Below, in pieces: positions 57,445-64,000 of a stretch of 64,000 nucleotides of DNA. The notes under the pieces were generated by a model. That model did no database searches. It saw nothing but the letters and a program-made list of their open reading frames with translations, and was not told the DNA's origin. The translations under genes and the position numbers were made by a program. The stretch's first letter is position 1. Every line of letters begins with the position of its first letter. The DNA is from a virus. The stretch is taken from IMG/VR virus record IMGVR_UViG_3300043410_001242; one strand, written 5' to 3'.

Positions 57445-58044
57445 ATGGATTGTAATGAAATGGAAGGTGAAGATTTTATCAGAGTATACGACAAAGTTGT
57501 TAGCAGACAATTTTGTAGAGGAATAATAGATTATTTTGATTGGTGCAAACAGAATCAAAAAACCTGGTGTAGAGATGATCCTGCCTTAATTAAAAAAGAT
57601 GAATCTGTTAAGGTGAATCCAAGTTGTTTTGATGAAATATCTTTTGCAGAAGAACACCTTTCTGGATATATTGAAGAATTTAATAATGTATTTTGGAATG
57701 AATGTTATCCATCATATGTAGAAGAATTTGATGTGATAAGGGATATGGGAAACCACAGCATTTTCACCTACAAAATACAAAAAACAAAACCATCAGAGGG
57801 ATATCATATATGGCATTGTGAAGGTGATAGTAGACTGAGATCAACAAGAATATTTGCTTATATACTATTTCTCAATGACGTTCCGTCTGGCGGAGAAACC
57901 GAATTTCTTTATCAAAGAAAACGTGTTGATCCCGCAGAAGGCAGATTGGTTATTTTTCCTGCAGCATACACACATACACATAGAGGCAATCCACCATTAA
58001 GGGGAACTAAATACATCATGACAGGTTGGGTAGAATTTGCATAA
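57445..58044 (+). CDS. 2OG-Fe(II) oxygenase (P4H-like)
   Basis: GYHIWHCE, LFLNDV..GGETEF, FPAAYTHTHRGNPP, KYIMTGW; GGAGG RBS. Confidence 0.9.
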   Translation: MDCNEMEGEDFIRVYDKVVSRQFCRGIIDYFDWCKQNQKTWCRDDPALIKKDESVKVNPSCFDEISFAEEHLSGYIEEFNNVFWNECYPSYVEEFDVIRDMGNHSIFTYKIQKTKPSEGYHIWHCEGDSRLRSTRIFAYILFLNDVPSGGETEFLYQRKRVDPAEGRLVIFPAAYTHTHRGNPPLRGTKYIMTGWVEFA

Positions 58045-58074
58045 TACTTCCGACACATACAAAGTTGTCTCTGT

Positions 58075-58082
58075 TATAAATA
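58075..58082 (+). promoter_or_regulatory. T4-type late promoter
   Basis: Intergenic TATAAATA. Confidence 0.75.
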
Positions 58083-58113
58083 GTATACGAACACATTATA
58101 AAGAGATACTAAA

Positions 58114-58458
58114 ATGGCCGCAGGTTATCAAGACTTATTCATAGAACAAGGAACAACATTTAGTACAGAAATAAATTTAGATGACTCATACGGAACTCCA
58201 TATGACTTAACCAATTTTTCTGTAAAGTCTCAAGCAAAGAAGTCATATTATACAAACACGATTTCTTTAGAATTCGACGCATCAATAATAAATCCCGCAG
58301 CAGGAACAATAAGTATTTCCGCCGATGCACACACAACAGCAAATATCGCACCGGGAAAAATGGTATATGATGTAATCATTACGGAATTGGACACAGGCAC
58401 AGTCACTCGGGTGTTGGAAGGACAAATTTTCTTATCACCATCAGTAACAAGTTATTAA
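58114..58458 (+). CDS. small virion structural/adaptor protein
   Basis: LFIEQGTTF, YDLT, YDV, RVLEGQI..SP.VT. Confidence 0.7.
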   Translation: MAAGYQDLFIEQGTTFSTEINLDDSYGTPYDLTNFSVKSQAKKSYYTNTISLEFDASIINPAAGTISISADAHTTANIAPGKMVYDVIITELDTGTVTRVLEGQIFLSPSVTSY

Positions 58459-58459
58459 A

Positions 58460-58768
58460 ATGTCTATTAATGTCAGAATAAATCGTCCTTCTCCGGTTAG
58501 AATACAAGGCACCACAACCTTTGTGGGTTCCGCTAGTGTGCAAGTAAGATTTGAAGAAATAAAAAGTATAGCAAACTCCGCAGTTATACTTGCTCAGGCC
58601 GCGTTCGATACAGCAAATACAAAATACAGTTCATCCGGAGGACACATTTATGGAGATGTTATTGTAGATAATGATTTAATTGTAGATAATGATATATTGG
58701 TTAGAAATGGCATTTACGCCAACACAGTATACTTGCCGGCGCAAACTATTGACGCAGGATCTTTTTAA
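58460..58768 (+). CDS. short fibre-like structural protein
   Basis: AQAAFDTAN, GG.I.GD, C-terminal IDAGSF. Confidence 0.65.
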   Translation: MSINVRINRPSPVRIQGTTTFVGSASVQVRFEEIKSIANSAVILAQAAFDTANTKYSSSGGHIYGDVIVDNDLIVDNDILVRNGIYANTVYLPAQTIDAGSF

Positions 58769-58806
58769 TAAATAATAAAATATAAATTATAACACAGGAC
58801 AAAAAA

Positions 58807-60714
58807 ATGGCAATTAGCAACACTAATATTTTAATCAAACGTTCCGGCACAACATCAAGTCCAACAAGTTTGAAATCGGGTGAACTTGCGTATTCATATG
58901 TTTCAAACACATTATTCTTTGGTACTACCGAAGGAAACGGCGTAGTTAATGTTGGCGGACAATACTACACATCTACAGTAGACAATGCAACAAGTGCAAA
59001 TACTGCATCAACTTTAGTTAAACGCAACACAAATGGTGCGTTCTACGGAAGATTATATGGACTTGCTAATTCTGCCATTATATTAAACACGGCAAGAGAC
59101 TTTAGTATTTCTGGTGGTGATATTACTGCCAGTGCTCAAAGTTTTGATGGTTCCGGAAATGTCGTATTAAATGCATCATTAAATAATATTTCCGGACTAA
59201 CATCCGGTCAATATGGTAGTGCAACCGCAGTTCCAGTAATTTCAGTCGCTGCTAATGGTAGAATAACCTCTATAAGCACTAGTGCAATTTCAACATCTAT
59301 TAATATTTTAGGAGATAGTGGTGGATCACAAACTGTAGCTGGCGGAAATACTATTACTTTTGATGGTACAACCGGTATAACAACTACTACTTCAGAAAAT
59401 AAAGTAACATTTGCCGTTGATAATACAATACTGAGATCAAATACCGCTGGTGGTACACAAGTAATTGATACTAATATATCAATATCAAAAGATTTAAGTG
59501 TTACTGGCAACTTAACCGTATTAGGTAATACCACAACAATTAACGTCAACGATTATGTCGTTGAAGATCCTATGATCTATCTGGCAGGTAATAATTATAC
59601 TTCAGATATTGTTAATATTGGTTTTGCAGGAAACTATTATGATGGTTCCGTAGAAAGACACACAGGTTTCTATAGAGCACATGATAATAAAAAATATTAT
59701 CTGTTCGATAATTATATTCCAGAACTGAGTGGAAATAACCAAGTAGATAGAGCAAACACCAGTTTTAGGGTTGCTACACTTACTGCAAATATCGATGGAA
59801 GTTATATCACCAACTCAACAATCAGTTCATCATCAATCGAGAACTCTAATTTTACTGGAGGAACGATTGGGCAACTTTTCAATGACCTCTCCGTAACAGA
59901 TGGTGGTACTGGTGCATCATCATTCAACGCTGGTCAAATCATCGTTGGTAATGGTTCAGGTGCATTACAACAAATTGCAAACGTAACTACTTCGGTTACA
60001 GGTTCTCTTGGTACTACAAAGACAATCACATCTTTAACTACAGATGCGTGGGGCAGACTAACTGCATATACTGCATCAGATATATCTGGTCTTACTGTTG
60101 CTCAGGGTGGTACAGGAGCATCCACATTCTCTTCTGGTCAATTGATTGTTGGTAACGGTACAGGTGCATTACAAGCACTTGCGAATACAGGAACATCAGG
60201 CACTTATGGTTCCACTTCCCAAGTTCCAGTTATTACCACAGATGCATACGGCAGAGTTTCTAGTGTTACTAACACATCTATTGCAATTAGTGCATCTGCA
60301 ATTACATCTGGAACTCTTGCGGTAGCTCGTGGTGGTACAAACAATAATACCTTCGACAACAATACACTAACATATTTCAATGGAAGTGCAATTGTTTCAT
60401 TGGCAAATGTATCATATTCGGTAACAGGAAGCGCAAGTGCCAACAGCACTTTAACTGGATTGACAGTAGACAATTTTGGCAGAACCAGCGCAGCAACATT
60501 TTCTGCAATTTCTGGTCTTACTGTTCCACAAGGCGGTACTGGAATAGCTTCAGCCACAACAAACGGCATCATCTTCGGAAACGGAACCGGTGCTTTTGGT
60601 GTTACTGCTCTGGCTGGTTCCGGATCAGACCAAACTTGGTCTAACCAAATTCTTACTGTTACCAATGCTGGTGTGCCTGTTTGGGCTTCTGCTATGGACG
60701 GGGGCACTTTCTAA
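58807..60714 (+). CDS. tail fibre protein (Mtd-N-like N-terminus)
   Basis: ILIKRS...L..GELAY; V..GGTG repeats; C-terminal MDGGTF. Confidence 0.75.
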   Translation: MAISNTNILIKRSGTTSSPTSLKSGELAYSYVSNTLFFGTTEGNGVVNVGGQYYTSTVDNATSANTASTLVKRNTNGAFYGRLYGLANSAIILNTARDFSISGGDITASAQSFDGSGNVVLNASLNNISGLTSGQYGSATAVPVISVAANGRITSISTSAISTSINILGDSGGSQTVAGGNTITFDGTTGITTTTSENKVTFAVDNTILRSNTAGGTQVIDTNISISKDLSVTGNLTVLGNTTTINVNDYVVEDPMIYLAGNNYTSDIVNIGFAGNYYDGSVERHTGFYRAHDNKKYYLFDNYIPELSGNNQVDRANTSFRVATLTANIDGSYITNSTISSSSIENSNFTGGTIGQLFNDLSVTDGGTGASSFNAGQIIVGNGSGALQQIANVTTSVTGSLGTTKTITSLTTDAWGRLTAYTASDISGLTVAQGGTGASTFSSGQLIVGNGTGALQALANTGTSGTYGSTSQVPVITTDAYGRVSSVTNTSIAISASAITSGTLAVARGGTNNNTFDNNTLTYFNGSAIVSLANVSYSVTGSASANSTLTGLTVDNFGRTSAATFSAISGLTVPQGGTGIASATTNGIIFGNGTGAFGVTALAGSGSDQTWSNQILTVTNAGVPVWASAMDGGTF

Positions 60715-60749
60715 CATCTGACTATATAATTGTTTAACAGGAGTTTGTT

Positions 60750-61457
60750 ATGAACAATGAAAACTATTTAAATTATTACATTGAAACAATGACCAGTACT
60801 TTGACTGATGTTATTGTTAGGAATGTCTCTCTTCAGGCAACCAATAAATTGCATGAGGACACAATCAAGGAATATGAAAAAACAGTTGAGGCACTTGACG
60901 CAGAGATTGGTAAAATAAACCAATCAGGTAGCAATCAAGTGCAACAACTGGAATCCGAAATTTCCAGCAAGGATGAAAAGTTAAATACTTTAGAATCTGA
61001 AATTTCTAGTAAGAATCAAAAGTTAAATACTTTAGAATCTGAAATTTCTAGTAAGAATCAAAAGTTAAATACTTTAGAATCCGAAATTTCCAGCAAGGAT
61101 GAAAAGTTAAATACTTTAGAATCTGAAATTTCTAACCTACACCATGAATTGAATAATTTAAGAAATATGAGACAACAGTATGAGAATTCAAAATCTCAAC
61201 TTGAACATATTGATACTTTTCGAAATGAACTGGACAAAGCTAGAAAAGAACTTGATGTATTGAAAGATGAAAATGAGAATTTAAAATCTCAACTTGAACA
61301 TATTGATACTTTTCGAAATGAACTGGACAAAGCTAGAAAAGAACTTGGTGTATTGAAAGAGGAAAATGATTATTTAAAATTAACTCCTGCCAAAAGAAAA
61401 AAATACGACGAAGAAAAATCAAAATTGTCAATTATCGAAGATGGTGGAAGTTTCTAA
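60750..61457 (+). CDS. coiled-coil protein with internal tandem repeats
   Basis: 14-aa and 31-aa repeats; C-terminal EDGGSF. Confidence 0.75.
   Translation: MNNENYLNYYIETMTSTLTDVIVRNVSLQATNKLHEDTIKEYEKTVEALDAEIGKINQSGSNQVQQLESEISSKDEKLNTLESEISSKNQKLNTLESEISSKNQKLNTLESEISSKDEKLNTLESEISNLHHELNNLRNMRQQYENSKSQLEHIDTFRNELDKARKELDVLKDENENLKSQLEHIDTFRNELDKARKELGVLKEENDYLKLTPAKRKKYDEEKSKLSIIEDGGSF
60948..61133 (+). repeat. 42-bp tandem repeat (about 4.4 copies)
   Basis: LESEISSK(DE/NQ)KLNT units, near-identical DNA. Confidence 0.85.
61191..61370 (+). repeat. 93-bp tandem duplication
   Basis: AAATCTCAACTTGAACATATTGATAC... at 61191 and 61284. Confidence 0.85.
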
Positions 61458-61460
61458 ACA

Positions 61461-64000
61461 ATGACTGTAGCAAATACCACAATACAAATAAAAAAATCAC
61501 TAGTCAGTGGTGTCACACCATCATCTTTGGCGAATGGTGAAATAGCCATTAACCAAGCAGATGGTAAATTATTTTATTCTAATCCAACTGGTGGTATTTC
61601 CTACATTAAAAATTCACAGTCATTTTCAACAATAAATGCAGATGGCTCACTAATTCTAGCGGGATCGCCATCTGATATACTATCTTTTGCGAATGGTCAA
61701 GGAATAGTTGTCAGTGGTAATACCTCATCAAAAGTTATATCCTATGCAATTGATTCATCTGTTGTAACTTTATCTGGATCACAAACTTTAACTGATAAAA
61801 CATTTGCAAGTAGTAGTTATGGAACATATCCTATAAGAGTAAAGGATATCATCGAAAATGATGTATTTAAAATTTATGATTCTGGTGGTGGTGTTGTTTC
61901 CACGTGGTTAACTGCAACATATCTCTACTTCAATAACCTGAAATGGCCAAATGTTGATGGAACAAACGGCCAAGTATTAACTACTAATGGTTCTGGAACT
62001 TTATCTTGGTCAACAATTGGGTCTGGTTCTGGATTCGTAACAACATCCGGCACAGAAACACTAACCAATAAGACTCTAACTGATTCTAGTACCTATTTCC
62101 AAGACGAATCAGACAATTCAAAGAAACTACAATTTCAGTTATCAGGTATCAGCACTGCAACAACTAGAACATTAACGATACCAAATGTTAATGGTACTAT
62201 CATAACAACAGGTGATAGTGGTACAGTTACTAATACTATGTTATCCGGATCAATTGCTAACGCTAAATTAGCCAATTCAACCATTTCCGGGGTATCATTA
62301 GGAAGTAACCTAAACACATTGACTATTGGTACTGGATTAAGTGGTACTAGTTATAATGGATCTAGTGCTGTAACAATAGCTATTGATTCATCTGTTGCAA
62401 CATTAACTGGTTCACAAACATTATCTAATAAGACGTTAAGTTCTCCAATTGTAACAGGTAATATAAATGGAGATGTTTCTTCAACGGGATTACTTAAAAG
62501 TTTAAACTCTGTAGGAGATGAAGGTGGTGAAATCGTACTGGCTATACCACAAACAAATACAACAATTGCCAATAATGTAGTTATCGATATTTATCAGAAT
62601 AAACTTCGATTCTTCGAACAAGGTGGGTCGGCCCGTGGTTTTTATGTTGATATAACATCCGGTTCGGGTGGTGCATCAACAAATTTAGCAGGCAGTAGTG
62701 GAGATGTTACCTTATCTGGAACACAAACATTAACCAATAAAACTCTAACTGATTCTAGTACCTATTTCCAAGACGAGACTGATAACACCAAAAAATTACA
62801 ATTTCAGTTATCAGGAATTAGTACTTCCACCACAAGAACATTAACAATACCAAATGTTAATGGTACTATCATAACAACAGGTGATAGTGGTACAGTTACT
62901 AGTACAATGATTAACAGAACAAATCTAGATGCAGATTTGTTAGATGGTCAACATGGAAGTTATTATTCTCCGTTAAGTTATACACAATCGGCATTCGATA
63001 AATCAAATACTGTTACTAATATAGCACAAGGTGCATACGATACAGCTAATGGAATTATAAGTTTACAATCTGGAATCAACAGTACTCAAAATACTAATAT
63101 CACTACTGCTACTAATCTAGCACAAGGTGCATACGATACAGCTAATGGAATTATAAGTTTACAATCTGGAATCAACAGTACTCAAAATACTAATATCACC
63201 AATGTAACTAGTTGGTTGAGTTCTAATGTATCATTACAATCTGGTATTAATTCTACACAGAATACCAATATTACCAATGTAACTAGTTGGTTAGATAGCA
63301 ATGTATCATTACAATCTGGTATTAATTCTACACAGAATACTAATATTACTACTGCTACTAATCTAGCACAAGGTGCATACGATACAGCTAATACAAAATT
63401 TAATTCTTCTGGTGGTAGTATTTCTGGAACAGTTACAATTAATTCAAATTTGATTGTAACTGGTAACACAACATTTTCTGGTAATGTAACAACTGTTAGC
63501 GCTAACAATTTATCCATTCAAGATAACATGTTTTATCTTAATAAAGATAATTATGTTACTAATCCAGATTTAGGATTTGCGGGAAACTATAATGATGGAA
63601 CTTATCATCATGCTGGATTTTTCAGAGATGCTTCAGATGGTTACTGGAAAGTATTCGACAATTATTTACCAGAACCAGATGCTTCTCCATATATTGATAC
63701 TAGTAATAACACTTTTAGGATTGCAGATTTCCAAGCAAATAATGTTACATTCGGTAAGATAACAACTTCTTCTAGCGTTTTGATATCAAATTTAAACGCA
63801 GATTTGTTAGATGGTCAACATGGAAGTTATTATTCTCCGTTAAGTTATACACAATCGGCATTCGATAAATCAAATACTGTTACTAATATAGCACAAGGTG
63901 CATACGATACAGCTAATGGAATTATAAGTTTACAATCTGGAATCAACAGTACTCAAAATACTAATATCACTACTGCTACTAATCTAGCACAAGGTGCATA
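61461..64000 (+). CDS. long tail fibre protein, 3'-truncated by window (absent from ORF track)
   Basis: MTVANTTIQIKKSLVSGVTPSSLANGEIAIN...; QTLTNKT repeats, ADLLDGQHGSYY motifs; frame appears open to window end. Confidence 0.8.
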   Translation, partial: MTVANTTIQIKKSLVSGVTPSSLANGEIAINQADGKLFYSNPTGGISYIKNSQSFSTINADGSLILAGSPSDILSFANGQGIVVSGNTSSKVISYAIDSSVVTLSGSQTLTDKTFASSSYGTYPIRVKDIIENDVFKIYDSGGGVVSTWLTATYLYFNNLKWPNVDGTNGQVLTTNGSGTLSWSTIGSGSGFVTTSGTETLTNKTLTDSSTYFQDESDNSKKLQFQLSGISTATTRTLTIPNVNGTIITTGDSGTVTNTMLSGSIANAKLANSTISGVSLGSNLNTLTIGTGLSGTSYNGSSAVTIAIDSSVATLTGSQTLSNKTLSSPIVTGNINGDVSSTGLLKSLNSVGDEGGEIVLAIPQTNTTIANNVVIDIYQNKLRFFEQGGSARGFYVDITSGSGGASTNLAGSSGDVTLSGTQTLTNKTLTDSSTYFQDETDNTKKLQFQLSGISTSTTRTLTIPNVNGTIITTGDSGTVTSTMINRTNLDADLLDGQHGSYYSPLSYTQSAFDKSNTVTNIAQGAYDTANGIISLQSGINSTQNTNITTATNLAQGAYDTANGIISLQSGINSTQNTNITNVTSWLSSNVSLQSGINSTQNTNITNVTSWLDSNVSLQSGINSTQNTNITTATNLAQGAYDTANTKFNSSGGSISGTVTINSNLIVTGNTTFSGNVTTVSANNLSIQDNMFYLNKDNYVTNPDLGFAGNYNDGTYHHAGFFRDASDGYWKVFDNYLPEPDASPYIDTSNNTFRIADFQANNVTFGKITTSSSVLISNLNADLLDGQHGSYYSPLSYTQSAFDKSNTVTNIAQGAYDTANGIISLQSGINSTQNTNITTATNLAQGA
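62062..62901 (+). repeat. dispersed ~170-bp repeat (62062-62232 / 62731-62901)
   Basis: Offset 669 bp, in frame. Confidence 0.8.
62931..64000 (+). repeat. exact duplication of at least 203 bp (62931-63133 / 63798-64000) plus 96- and 75-bp tandem units
   Basis: GCAGATTTGTTAGATGGTCAACATGG... repeated at offset 867. Confidence 0.85.

Noticed and set aside
58807-64000. Diversity-generating retroelement suggested by Mtd-like N-termini and repeats
   Set aside because: No reverse transcriptase in the window, and the repeat pairs do not show adenine-specific mismatches.
60948-64000. CRISPR array
   Set aside because: The repeats are in-frame coding units without unique spacers, and the Cas4-like nuclease at 19446 is a standard T4-like phage gene.

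Overview
This is a 64-kb segment of a large, AT-rich, T4-like myovirus genome using the standard genetic code. It is most likely a pmoC-phage infecting a gammaproteobacterial (Methylococcus-type) methanotroph. 1-24.1 kb (+) holds early/middle genes: many small hypothetical ORFs, a SleB-type hydrolase, two AAA ATPases, an auxiliary metabolic block, an epimerase, a GIY-YIG homing endonuclease inserted with a 22-bp duplication, DenV-like glycosylase, PhoH, an exonuclease, a circularly permuted tmRNA, RlpA, gp33, gp59 and gp32. The metabolic block is pmoC, a DUF2490-like outer-membrane barrel and an unannotated 23-aa pqqA. 24.2-30.1 kb (-) holds two paralogous tape-measure/hub-like genes, gp26/gp51 with a probable -1 frameshift, gp54, gp2 and gp4. 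30.1-64 kb (+) holds baseplate genes (gp48, 53, 27-like, a three-part gp5, 25, 6, 7, 8), large fibre proteins, and an embedded cassette of a halogenase, a Gly-rich adhesin-like protein and two 2OG-Fe(II) oxygenases. The best candidate for a new system is the phage C1-oxidation module, in which pmoC (methane to methanol) sits next to pqqA, the precursor of the methanol-dehydrogenase cofactor. All family calls come from motif recognition by eye; no searches were run.
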